Shown here: positions 13,576-27,500 of the stretch, in pieces | How positions within the stretch are numbered: the stretch's first letter is position 1 | Layout: every line of letters starts with the position of its first letter | Source of the DNA: Octopus sinensis | Lineage: Eukaryota | Length of the DNA: 64,000 nt | NCBI RefSeq assembly: GCF_006345805.1 | Contig: NC_042997.1 | Span: 19,778,001 to 19,842,000, forward strand | Reading direction: 5' to 3' | Program-made: the position numbers and the translations under genes | The notes under the pieces: generated by a model | Seen by the model: only the letters and a program-made list of their open reading frames with translations | Database searches by the model: none | Told to the model about the DNA's origin: nothing

Positions 13576-14211
13576 AATATTTCTCAAGAAATTGAAAAAT
13601 CCACTCAATCATATGCAATTCTATAATCACTGAAAAAGTTTTAAATTATTCATCACGGATAGAACTTTGATCAACAAGCTGAAGATCTAACTTAAAATAA
13701 AATCCTGAAGCGATGATGTTACTGAGTACTTAACAAGTTTAGAAAAAGAAAAGTTTTTAAAAATCCTACTCAAAGATCTCGATATAGAAAAAAAAAAAAA
13801 AACATTAGGGGCTCTTCAATCACTATGATTTATTTTGATGGTAATAGAATTAATTATATGAAGAAAAAAAAAAAAGAAATAAACAAAATGTAACTTTGAA
13901 AGAAATCACTACTGACAACCATCTCTTATAATTTTCATACAGGATATGTTCTGAAAATTTTAAGCATTCATTTTTTTTAATTGCAAAAATGTTGCAAGCT
14001 ACATTTGAATAGGGTTATTTTTCAAAGTTTTCAGATGGCACTAAAAATGTATATATTAACCTATACTTATAACTGATCGAAAAAATTAAGCTTGCCTGTC
14101 AAAAAATTACGATATGTTTATGTATTATTTTTCTTCAAGATATTCAAACAGTTATAAATATTGAATTTATGAATCTCTGTACATATACACACACAAACAC
14201 ACAGACACAGA

Positions 14212-14248
<37 letters not shown>

Positions 14249-14249
14249 A

Positions 14250-15197
14250 TATTATCACCATCATCATTTAAGGTCCATGTTTCATGCTGGCTTGGGCTGG
14301 ATGGTTTGATAAGGATCCAATGAGACCAAGGACTGCATCAAGCTCCAGTGCCTTTGTTGGCATGGTTTTTATGACTGGAGGCCCTTTCTAATGCCAACTG
14401 CTGTACACTGTATACTGGATGGTCTTTTTTGTGTGAAGCAAGTCAGCATCGGACTCTATTGTCTGCTTTAATATGGTTTCCATGGTTGGATACACTTCCT
14501 CATGTCAACCACTTTAGAGTGTGTACTGCATACTCTTTGCATGCCACTGGCACTATTGAGGTCACTATCATCTTTATCATCACTTAACGTCCACTTTCCA
14601 TGCTGGTATGGATTGAACAGTTTGACATGGAGTTATCCAGCTGGGAGCTGTCTAGACTCCAGTTGTCTGTTGTGGCATTGTTTCTAGGGCTGGATGCCCT
14701 TCCTAACACCAACCACTTAACAGAGTGTGTTAGGTGCATTATACGTGCTTCAAAATCAACAAACCTATTGCAGGAGGATGCTGCATCCATATTTTGTATG
14801 GGGGATATTTTATATGGAGGAGGATCTTCAGATGCTGGGCCTCACTGAGGAAATGGACAAGGGTTTGGGCGTTGTAGTGATTTGCTGCACTTGAGAAAAC
14901 ATGCCAAGCTTCATAAAATCACTGTCATTCATGCATACAGGCTTGTCCTTTACAGGGGCCAGTGCAACATAAAGTGCATTTGTATTTGGTGCTGCATGAA
15001 TGCACTCATACCGTTGGCATGTAAAAAGTACCCAGCATACTCTGGAAAGTGGTTGGCATTAGGAAAAGCATCCAGCTGTAGAAACCATGCAGCAACAGAT
15101 GACTGGAATCTGGACAGCTCCCTGGCTGCCCAGCTCCATATCAAACCATGCTAGCATGGAAAACAGACATTAAATGATGATGATGATGATGATGATG
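14250..15197. mobile_element. Cluster of repeat family R / RTE 3' pieces (minus 14250-14445 and 14572-14730; plus 14960-15197)
   Basis: Core gcccttcctaacaccaaccac on minus and ggttggcattaggaaaagcatccagctgtagaaac on plus; (GAT)n tail at about 15175-15197. Confidence 0.75.
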
Positions 15198-15850
15198 AGT
15201 GGGTTAAAGCATGAGGGAAGAGTTTGGAGGTAGTGGAAATAAATGGATACTCAAATATAGGAGAGTGAGTGAGAATGAATTAGAGGTATATCCAAGGAGA
15301 TTCCAGGTAGCAGCTCAGGTAGTAGGAACTGTAATATGGTGGGGGTTTGCAAGAGTGTAAGGTGGGAGAGGAAGTAGAAGTTGGAGAGAGAGATGGCCAA
15401 CATCTATAAAAATTGGGGAAGAACTGAGGGGAGGGAGTGCACGAGCTGGGGAAGCTACAAGCATGCAACATGTAGTATAGCAATAGTTAAGTTGAAGCGG
15501 GTGAGAGAGAGATGATATGTCTGGGTAGGCTGCTAGAATGGAATAGTGGTATAAACAGATGTAATACATGAGGAGAGATAATTTGGTGGTGAGAGGAAGG
15601 GGAATGGGCTCTTTAACATGAGGGTTGTGGAGAAACGATATTAAGGAATGAAGAATAGCTGACAATTGAGATGGATGTGGGAAGCAAAAGAGAAAAGGTG
15701 GGTGAGAAGATCTGCAGGGGAGGATAAAGTATGGGAAGGGAGAGCAACAGGAAGACGGAAGGTGCCAGACGAAGGGATTGATTGGTTGGGGTGCTCATAC
15801 ATACATACATACATGCATACATATATACATATATACGTACCTATATCATG

Positions 15851-16095
15851 TGCAGACAATTCGTCAACAGATAATTTGCCGATAGACAATTCGCCGATAG
15901 ACAATTCCCACATGGCTTCAGGCACAACACAAGGCCTACATCAAGTGCCTGGAGGAGGTTGTGCTGCTCTGGGTCAAAAGGGTGGCTGCTGGAACACCCT
16001 ATGTCTGGCAACAGGACTCTGCACCATACCACAGAATTGTCCTGTCTGTAAGTTGTCTGTTAGCCAACTGTCTGTCAATGAATTGTCTGTCTACC
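15851..16095. mobile_element. Fold-back MITE-like element with arms of 15-bp subrepeats and an internal transposase fragment
   Basis: Left arm is ~4 x cagacaattcgycga (15853-15907); right arm is its inverted counterpart (16034-16095). The insert translates AYIKCLEEVVLLWVKRVAAGTPYVWQQDSAPYH. Confidence 0.75.
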
Positions 16096-16844
16096 ACATT
16101 CATGCATCACATATCTACAAAATGCCAGTTATAAACATCACTACTTGGGAGAGTATTAAGATTCTCTCAAACAAATGAAACACAAGACAAAAAATTCCGC
16201 AGAGTCAGACAAAGACTAATTAACAATGGATTTTCAAACAAACTAGTAGATCAACCTACTGATGGATGTAGACAAATACAATGCATTAATCTCATTAGGC
16301 AATACCTTTACTAAAATACACATAATAAATATACTGTGTATTATTTGAAATAAATGTATACAAGGTGCTGGACATACAAACACATAATCAAAAATTACAT
16401 AGAACAAAATACAAAATACTTCACTACAAACCATAAATTGACGCTTGTAATATATTACAAAAAATAAGATGATCATAAGTTTCCTTATCAACAACATACA
16501 ATAGTCATGTAAGCCTTAAAATGATCAATAGTATTTGCAAATTTCACCTTAAAAGTGAAAGTAGAACATTTCACAATTGTTACATTAATTAGACTGGAAA
16601 AAACACTACAGTAGATTTACCATGCATTTAAAGCAAGGAGCAATTTCAACAATACACTAAAGACTATAAAACAAAGCTACATAGAAAAACTTTATGAGAA
16701 AATACTTTCATACTTTTTAGAATTCCCCACAGAAATAGAAAACTGATTACATTAGTAATAATTGTACCACAAATTTATCCTTTAGGCATAACATATATAT
16801 ATGTTACGACTAGAAATCTTATATGGAGTACACTAATGCTCAAA

Positions 16845-17020
16845 CAGGATGATGCACCAGGCTCCAGTCTGATCTGGCAGTGTTTCTACAGCTGTATGCC
16901 CTTCCTAACACCAACCACACTGTGAGTGTAGTGGGTGCTTTATACTTTCCACTGGCACAGGGGCCAGAGGAGGCTAGCAATGGCCACGATCAGCTGGTGC
17001 TTTTTTACGTGCCACTGGCA
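16845..17020 (-). mobile_element. Repeat family R copy
   Basis: tttctacagctgtatgcccttcctaacaccaaccac is the reverse complement of the family core. Confidence 0.75.
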
Positions 17021-18314
17021 TGGAAATAATGTAAATAATGTACATATTTCCTCATCTCATAAATATAGAACTGTAGTTATTTTTCTCTTTACGAGATCAG
17101 CCACTGTGTGTTGCTTCAAAATTATATACTGTGAGCAAGGTCAAATGGCTACCATCTCTAGCCAATGATTGTCCTGTACCAAGAAAGGGAAATAACCCAG
17201 AAACCATTGGTGTTATAACGGTGATATTATCTAACTTATATGGTGATTATTCTCCCCAGTAGGCTTCATAATCAATGTTGGTTGGTCATCAATTTATAAC
17301 GTGTTCGAACTTGGAAAAGATAATAAATACATTTTTTTAAAAGTAGGAATCTATGGTGATAAACCCATCAATTATAACTTAATTATGGGTATTATCACTA
17401 TACATAAATCTTAACTCAGGCTGCGTAAATGTTGTGATGAATGATACATACCAAGGCACTGTATGTATGTTGAAAATAAATAATGCTCACTCTTTTTCGT
17501 TGCTATAATAACAATTTCATAGTTGCAGAAATAAATTTCATTAACAGGTTGAAGAAAATGAAGAAAAAGAAATTATTTACTAAATTAGTTTATTTACGTA
17601 CATTTAATATTTACAGTTTGTTTTATAAGTCAAAAAAAATTGTTGTAGAGAGTTACGACATAAAATTTATATTAACTAATTCTTCCATACTAAGCTACTA
17701 GAGTTATCCACAACAATTCAAAAAAGCCTTGTTGAATTAAGTAATAGACATGGCATAATAATAGCCAATATCTCAAGAGAGTGAGTGTCGTGGAAATGAG
17801 TGACTACCAACAAATACTGAGTGTGAGTGTTGTGGAATTGAGTGACAACCAACGATTGTTGATTGTTCTCCTAAAAATCATGGTTTTTATTACCGCTCAT
17901 ACCTGAATTCTAAGAACCGTATTTTGTGAAAGATTTCTCTTTGAATAAAGTTTAGAATCCAAATATGGGCAGTAATTTTAACCAATGGGAAACTAACAAT
18001 TATACCTAATCAGGCAACATGACCATTACGTCATATTACTGCTGTTAAAGGTTTATTATGACTTGCGTTGCTACAGTGTACAGGTATTGCTAAAGTTAGA
18101 AAGGGAGCAACAGACCATGTGTTGGTACCCATTTGGAAAAGATGTTTTTCTAAGGCTAAAAAGTAGTAACATTGTCCTGTAAAGGACTGCTACATTGTGT
18201 TGGCAAATAGACTTTACTATATATATATATATAATAATAATAAAATATTAGGGAATAAATCCAAACTTACAGGGAAAAATCAGATTGAATCCAATTTTAT
18301 AGTAAAATATTATA

Positions 18315-18767
18315 TTATATTAAATTAGAGATAAAACCACTATTAGGCAAATCAAACAAAGAAAAACTTAAGCCAATACATAAAATTAATTAATTTATAT
18401 TATTTTAAATATATATCAAAAGTATTAAAAGTTTAATAAAAGATAATGGGTAAAACACTACGATCGTTTCATGGCTGTCCAATTCGTAATAATTCGAGTT
18501 ATGGTTACAGCCAATCTTCAGGTAATTGAAATATTTATCTTAGCGAGATATTTCAATTACCTGAAGATTGACTGTAACAATAACTCGAATTATTACGAAT
18601 TGGACAGCCATGAAACGATCGTAGTGTTTTACCCATTATCTTTTATTAAACTTTTAATACTTTTGATATATATTTAAAATAATATAAATTAATTAATTTT
18701 ATGTATTGGCTTAAGTTTTTCTTTGTTTGATTTGCCTAATAGTGGTTTTATCTCTAATTTAATATAA
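18315..18767. repeat. Near-perfect 453-bp palindrome (220-bp arms, 13-nt spacer, 2 mismatches)
   Basis: Manual comparison: 18315-18534 equals the reverse complement of 18548-18767 except at two positions. Confidence 0.95.
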
Positions 18768-18768
18768 G

Positions 18769-18814
<46 letters not shown>

Positions 18815-19124
18815 CTGTGTGTGTGTATATATGTATATATCTGTGTGTGTGTATATACATATATAGACATACATACACATATATATATATGTATATATAC
18901 ACACACACACACAGACAAATACACACACACATACGTGCTTTGTGGCTTTTGAGTTGTTTTAACTCTTCTTTTTAGCAATAGTGGTGCTAGTCGGTGCCCT
19001 TTGTCATGTTTGTGATCTCTATTAATTTTGCTTTTTGGCTCAAATTGCTATTAAGACACTCATTTCATTTGTTATATATATATATGTTATATATATATAT
19101 ATGAAATAGGTATAATATGTGTGT

Positions 19125-19580
19125 GTGAAGGCTTGTGTCTTAGTAGTTAAGGTATTTGACTCACTGTCACAAGGTCGTGAGTAGTATCATTTTTGCCAGT
19201 AATCTGCGTTGCACGGAATCTCCTTGAGAACTATGTTAAGGGTTCAAGCTTCTGTGGAGTGCTCAATCACTTGTATGTTAATTTCACAAGGCGGCACACT
19301 GGCAGAAACGTTAGTGCACCGAGCAAAATGCTTAGGGTATTTCGTTTGTCTTTACGTTCTGAGTTCAAATTCCGCCGAGGCCGACTTTGCCTTTCATCCT
19401 TTCGGGGTCGATTAAATAAGTACCAGTTATGCACTGGGGTCGATATAATCGCCTTAATCCGTTTGTCTGTCCTTGTTTGTCCTCTCTGTGTTTAGCCCCT
19501 TGTGGGTAGTAAAGAAATAGGTATGTTAATTTCACAAGCAGGCTGTTCCATTGATTGGATCAACTAGAACCCTCATCATA
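19125..19580 (+). mobile_element. SINE family C host interrupted by a family B SINE (19291-19520) with 18-bp TSD
   Basis: TSD gtatgttaatttcacaag at 19273-19290 and 19521-19538. The host resumes as caggctgttccattgattggatcaac, as in the intact copy at 32797. Confidence 0.85.
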
Positions 19581-19597
19581 ATACCCAATGGAGTGCA

Positions 19598-19674
<77 letters not shown>

Positions 19675-19739
19675 TTCCACATAAAAACACCCATGCTGGT
19701 CTACATGGAAAGCACTCATGCTGATGCCAAGCAAAAAGG

Positions 19740-19900
19740 GCATCCAGCACATTCTGTAAAGTGGTTGGCATTAGGAAGAGCATCCAGCGATTGAAAGCAA
19801 GCCAAATCAGGCTGGAACCTGGTACAGCTGTCCTGTTTACCAGCTCTGGTCACACCATCCAACCCATGCAGGCATTGAAAACGAGCGTTACATGATGATC
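19740..19900 (+). mobile_element. Repeat family R copy
   Basis: gtggttggcattaggaagagcatccagc core. Confidence 0.75.
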
Positions 19901-21399
19901 ATGATCATGATGGTGATCACGATGATGATGATGTATTATGAATGAGTTCATGATACATCTTTTGTTATTTAAACATGTTGTGCTGAGTAAACTGTTGACA
20001 GTATTGTCTGAATGAATGCACCATATGCAAAAGTAACTTCGACTAGTAGTGAAATGAATCATCCACAATGAGATCAGCTTCTATAAAGTCTGTGCAAGAT
20101 GGGGGCCAAGAGAGCTTACTACAGATCACAAGTGAAAAATGGCATGATCAGTCTCAAACTTCGATCATGTGGCCACAATAGTACCAACTATAAGCATGCA
20201 TGTGCAGAAGGCAGTGTGACAATAATAAGAATATTTTATGGTGAAAGTGCAGATAATTTCCCCTCATATATATATATGAAATATAGATATATATTTATGA
20301 ATGTGTGTGTGTATGGTGACCAAAAAGTGATAGTTTAGTCAGATGAACATGATTCTCTGCTTAAAACATGTAATTTCTCATAACCACATACACCTTTTTA
20401 AAGTCTTGATATATATGTGTACGTGTTTGTGTGTGTGAGTATGTGAATGTATATGGGTGCCAGTGATGGGTGTCAAACACATTCATTAATATTTTCCAAT
20501 AATCTAATACAGGGTGTGAAAAGCAAACAAACAAAATGAACTTAATATTTCTAAGATTTAAATTTCATGTCATATTTCAAACTTGTTCAATTAAAAACAG
20601 GAAATTTTGATTTAAATCCAAGGAAATTATTTTATATTTCAGCTTTTTATATGAAAACTTTTAAATATTACATTTCCTTTAGGTGTGAATCACTTTCTTC
20701 ATGTTATCATTTCTCAAATTCTCTTCTAATGTACATTATATGATATAAATCTTTTTTCATACACTATAAATAATATTTTTGAGGCCTTCCATTTAATCTG
20801 TTCAAGTGTATCAAATCTACAGAGAGAAGATGGTTTTCGTACAAAAATTGCTTCTTGTTTTAAGGTTTGTATCACAGAATTAATAAACTACTTCAATGCT
20901 ATCCAGTTCAGCTGGATCGTACAGAAGATCCCTCTTCTTCACTGAAATTACATGAAAAATCCCAACCATGCTTCCTTGATGTTTCGATAAAATGAAATTG
21001 AAAGTATGAATATTATATTTGATACCAACTACTTGCATTGTAAAAAATTACTTCTAAAAAAAGCTATATATGCTAAACAGGGTGCCTTCACAGGAAATTG
21101 TATTCAAAAGTTTTTTATATACTAAAAAATACTATGTAATTTGCCTTCTAAGCATCAGGGACATTTTAGAGGTTAATCGCTAGTTTGGCTTCATGGAATG
21201 AGACAAACATGAGAAAAATCTCCAAAATAGGGCAGCAATGTATTCTAAGCATTGAGTTTTCAACTATCTAGATAAAATGAAGTGCCCTAAAATAAATTGT
21301 TTTGCTCAGAAACAAATCAAAAACAATCATTTTGAACTCAGGACTTAATAGTTGTTCTTCTAGATCTCAATCACTTGGGAATCTTATTTAAAAGTACTT

Positions 21400-21970
21400 A
21401 GCCGACTCTGTGGGGTGGTTGGTGTTAGGAAGGGCATCTAGCTATAAAAACCATCCCAAAACAGACAGAAATAGGATGCAGTCTTCTATTAGGCCAGCTC
21501 CTGTCAAATCGTCCAGCTTATGCTAACATGGAAGGAGGATGTTAAACGATGATGATAATGATAATGATATATATTCTTTTATTCTTTCATTCTTTGATTT
21601 GCTTCAGTCATTTGACAGTGGCCATGCTGGAACACTGCCTTGAAAGGTTTTAGTTAAACAAATCATATAGTACTTATTCTACTGGTGCCCTTTGCCGAAC
21701 TACTAATGAATGGGGACACAAATACACCAGGATCAGTAGTCAAGCAAAGGTGGGGAAGTGTATGCGTGTGTGGAGGGGTAAACATAGAACATAGACACAC
21801 ACACACACACATACGTTATATATGATAAGCTTCTTTCAGTTTCCATCTACCATATCCACTTGCAAGGCCTTGGTTGGCCTGAGGCTATAGTAGAAAACAC
21901 TTGCCCAAGGTGCCATGCAGTGGGACTGAACCCAGGACAATGTGGTTAGGAAACAAGCTTCTTACCACAG
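21400..21970. mobile_element. Repeat family R copy (+, 21400-21570) abutting a family A SINE (-, 21585-21970)
   Basis: Family R core with gttaaacgatgatgat end, then cagtcatttgacagtggccatgctgg...gggactgaacccagg. Confidence 0.75.
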
Positions 21971-22243
21971 ACATGGTGAATTTATACATGATGTTCCATG
22001 TCCTAGGTCACAATTTTGCACCTATGTAGAAGGAATTTTGCATAAAATTTCATCCCCCTAAGATTATCAACAATGCAACTTTTTCCTGATATTCTGTATA
22101 AATACAGACAAGGCCAGTACTCTTGCTTGTGCCACTATAAAGCTGAATATCATATAATCAATTAAGAGCGTGGGTTACTAACCCCAAGATTCTGAGTTCG
22201 ATTCCAGGCAGTGACCTGAATAATAACAATAATAATAATGATG

Positions 22244-22292
<49 letters not shown>

Positions 22293-22300
22293 GCATAATC

Positions 22301-22342
<42 letters not shown>

Positions 22343-22343
22343 T

Positions 22344-23015
<672 letters not shown>

Positions 23016-23906
23016 TAATATCAATTAATTGTTCTTAATTTTGTAATAGCTATTTTACAGTAAAACTATTAGTTTATATGTAGAAATGTCTATTAATTCA
23101 CAAAAATACATGTGCCTTTAATTAAATATTTAGTATTTGTAATAATGATGAAAGGTTGGTATTTATATTTGTCATTCAATTATATATTATTTGCTTCCTT
23201 TTTTGCTACTAGCGAGGGTAAAGGTATAATAATGTTGTTAAGAAAGTTGCTTTTCAGTTACAAGTCCCATCGGTTCTAGGCTTATTTTACTGTCTGGCAA
23301 CAACTTAGCCAAGGATTACAGGGTATTCCCTCAAAAGATTCTTGCACCTGTACAACAACTCATTCAGTCATCACTACCTGTATTACGACATAATCCTTTC
23401 AAAGTATATTTGGAAATTGAAATATAAAGGAGGGGCTACCAGTATTTCATGGTAAATGTTATTCAAAATATAGACATTTATGAACTCAGCAAGGGACTTT
23501 AAATCATTTGCCACCCTATGTTCAATATTTTGATTTGGCAACGATTTTCAACTTGGCAAAATGTTTCCAAATTCTTCCTTGGGTAACTATATACTTATAA
23601 GACCACATGAATGATATCTCCATATGTAAACTTTAAACATTAACACAGAATGTCACCAATGAGTAGAATATACATGAAAGTGATCAGAAGCATTCCACTG
23701 CTACCCAGGAAAGTTTGCTTCAAAAACACCCATCAAAAGGACTGAAATGGGGATAAAACATAGATGATAAAAAAACTAGCTTCCTCCAGAGCAGATAACA
23801 AAACCACATAAAAGGAAATTGGTTCAAAATTCAAAACTTGTCAATATTTTCTTTGCCAAAATTAGAATATGTTGCATTGTACCTTCTCCAACAAGACAAA
23901 GAACAC

Positions 23907-23967
<61 letters not shown>

Positions 23968-24051
23968 TAATAATGATAATAATAATAATAATAATAATGA
24001 CAATAATAATACTAATAATAATTTAATAATAATAATGATAATAATAATAAT

Positions 24052-24266
24052 AAAATATTCAGACAAATACATAACAAAAACACCAGGACTTACAAACACA
24101 TATAACATACAGAAAATTGCACTACAAGGCACTGCACACATCCTACACAGAACACTTTCAATACAGTAACCATCAGAGCATCACAACAAATCACAGCACA
24201 TACCCAAGGCACACAGAGCTGCACTCGGTAGTGAAGTGAAAGCATGCTATAAAAATAAAACTACAG
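24052..24266 (+). mobile_element. R4/Dong 3' end, copy 2 (more truncated; chimeric)
   Basis: KYSDKYITKTPGLTNTYNIQKIALQGTAHILHRTLSIQ* within ORF 23819-24169, between (TAA)n tracts. Confidence 0.85.
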
Positions 24267-24291
24267 AATAATAATAATAATAATAATAATG

Positions 24292-24337
<46 letters not shown>

Positions 24338-25439
24338 TAATAATAATAATAATAATAATAATAATATAATAATGATAACATCGAAAAATACCTTAGGAAT
24401 GAGAACCCAGGTTTGAAATTTTACCAAGGCACCTGATGAAGGCTGGAGGGTATATCAGCCGAAATGTGTTAACAACAAACAAATGAGGACAAATATCCGT
24501 CAAATGTAAATAATGTAAATAATTACTCATCTCTTAAATATAGAACTGTAATATCAATTAATTGTTCTTAATTTTGTAATAGCTATTTTACAGTAAAACT
24601 ATTAGTTTATATGTAGAAATGTCTATTAATTCACAAAAATACATGTGCCTTTAATTAAATATTTAGTATTTGTAATAATGATGAAAGGTTGGTATTTATA
24701 TTTGTCATTCAATTATATATTATTTGCTTCCTTTTTTGCTACTAGCGAGGGTAAAGGTATAATAATGTTGTTAAGAAAGTTGCTTTTCAGTTACAAGTCC
24801 CATCGGTTCTAGGCTTATTTTACTGTCTGGCAACAACTTAGCCAAGGATTACAGGGTATTCCCTCAAAAGATTCTTGCACCTGTACAACAACTCATTCAG
24901 TCATCACTACCTGTATTACGACATAATCCTTTCAAAGTATATTTGGAAATTGAAATATAAAGGAGGGGCTACCAGTATTTCATGGTAAATGTTATTCAAA
25001 ATATAGACATTTATGAACTCAGCAAGGGACTTTAAATCATTTGCCACCCTATGTTCAATATTTTGATTTGGCAACGATTTTCAACTTGGCAAAATGTTTC
25101 TAAATTCTTCCTTGGGTAACTATATACTTATAAGACCACATGAATGATATCTCCATATGTAAACTTTAAACATTAACACAGAATGTCACCAATGAGTAGA
25201 ATATACATGAAAGTGATCAGAAGCATTCCACTGCTACCCAGGAAAGTTTGCTTCAAAAACACCCATCAAAAGGACTGAAATGGGGATAAAACATAGATGA
25301 TAAAAAAACTAGCTTCCTCCAGAGCAGATAACAAAACCACATAAAAGGAAATTGGTTCAAAATTCAAAACTTGTCAATATTTTCTTTGCCAAAATTAGAA
25401 TATGTTGCATTGTACCTTCTCCAACAAGACAAAGAACAC

Positions 25440-25500
<61 letters not shown>

Positions 25501-25508
25501 TAATAATG

Positions 25509-25542
<34 letters not shown>

Positions 25543-25543
25543 C

Positions 25544-25576
<33 letters not shown>

Positions 25577-25594
25577 AATGATAATAATAATAAT

Positions 25595-25809
25595 AAAATA
25601 TTCAGACAAATACATAACAAAAACACCAGGACTTACAAACACATATAACATACAGAAAATTGCACTACAAGGCACTGCACACATCCTACACAGAACACTT
25701 TCAATACAGTAACCATCAGAGCATCACAACAAATCACAGCACATACCCAAGGCACACAGAGCTGCACTCGGTAGTGAAGTGAAAGCATGCTATAAAAATA
25801 AAACTACTG
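25595..25809 (+). mobile_element. R4/Dong 3' end, copy 3
   Basis: Same 5' truncation point and body as copy 2, between (TAA)n tracts. Confidence 0.85.
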
Positions 25810-26559
25810 AATGATAATAATAATAATAATAATAATAAACAATGACTTCATACACAAGTTATACTCAGACTTATTTTTCAAATTTTATTCAAATTTGCAG
25901 AGAAAACAATGAATTTGTGTGATGTAATTAAAGATACTTACAATAACTTCTTGTAGAATATCGTAATAAAATCTGACAAATCAAGTAGAAGAAACGCATA
26001 CAGTGAAATCACTACAGAAGTGCAACAATCACCCACAAAACATAGCCTTCAAGACACACACCATGCCCCCAAATAGATTTCTGCTTATTGAAGAACCACA
26101 AGCATATATGTCTTTAATCTCATCCAAACATAGACTCATTACTACTGCCAGATGTGACTTTAGTAGTATTAGTAAAATGATAAAATAATGAGATGTTCAA
26201 CTTTTATTTTCTAAATTCTCTAAATAAATACACACTAAATCAATCTATTAAATTTATTAATGAGAAATCATTAAGTAATAATTATATTAATAGTATAGAT
26301 TCTTTAGATAATTAAACATCCTTACAAATATAATATAGATAAATAAGAGATACAAATCTAACACAAATCTAATAATATTCATATAAATTTCAAACTACAC
26401 AAGTCAACTTAATATATTTACTGTACAATGTCTATACTCAATACAAATTTAATTTGTAATCACTTGATAACCTTTTATTTTTCTGATATTTATATCTATA
26501 TTTAATTAGAGTAAATGTTGACTCAAGGAAGTAGACCAGTTTGAATCAGGCGAATAATA

Positions 26560-27500
26560 CCGTGTCAACCACCAAGTTGTTCAAAGGCATCAAAGACAAA
26601 TAAAAATATGAATTTATCCTATTCAGTATCATTGATTTTTATCCACATATCTTCTAGAAGTTCCTTCTAAAATTTCCCCCATTATGCTAGATAACACATA
26701 AACATAAACACAAAATGACCCATAAATTATTATGCATACCAGGATATCCCTCCTTATTAACAATGATATAAGCTAGTTTAAGGATAGAAGGTATGGTTCT
26801 AATGCCATTGCAGAGAGTATTTATGAATTTGTGTAATGTGAGGTAGTGTACTTGCTTCTAGCAAGTATAATACCTCACATTTTACAGTGGGTGATAGCCT
26901 CTTAATTTCAAACAGTGTGAGCAGATGTATAGTAGTCGTTTTCGGAAGATGAGTTACAATATTCAACAAACTTGGCCTGAAATTGACAGATGAAGATGCC
27001 TTTACAAAAGAAAACTGCCTGCATATCATGCATTAACTAAACTGGAAATCATACAAGCTCTTCAAAGATCCAATGGTGCTACACTATACATCAACACTTA
27101 ACCATCTACCAAACATCATAAAACATATACCAATTATAAACAACAAGAGAATAATTGTATAATCTTTAAATGTGCCCACCTTCAGTAGTGCTGCATAGCA
27201 TAGTATCACCAAAGCCAATAATAATAAGGAATTAACTACTTCCCATCATTACTTTGCACCAACCCTAAAATTTACTGGGAAGGTTGATTTTTACCTACCA
27301 TACAATGTTGATGTAAAAGTTAGTGTTGAAAAATATTTCACCTCCCAAGCCTAATAGCATTTCTTGAAAGCCATACATATGCAATAAATACTAAGTTAAG
27401 GTAAACCTACAACTGAAGGGGAAATATGTGCTATTAAGGCCCAACACACAAATAATGCAAGCAGGGACAATATAAAATTTCTATAATAAAAAGTTCAGCT
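26560..27500 (+). mobile_element. Decayed Penelope-like RT fragment
   Basis: Motif echoes IIDFYP, KLGLKLT, NHLPNIIKHIP and FYLPYNVDVK (cf. D...FYPSI, GL.IT, SNHP..I.K.IP, WFNPPY...V). Confidence 0.6.

Noticed and set aside
23819-25712. Poly-N/poly-I ORFs with a conserved C-terminus, present twice
   Set aside because: (TAA)n read-through into the Dong 3' ORF end, duplicated along with the segment.
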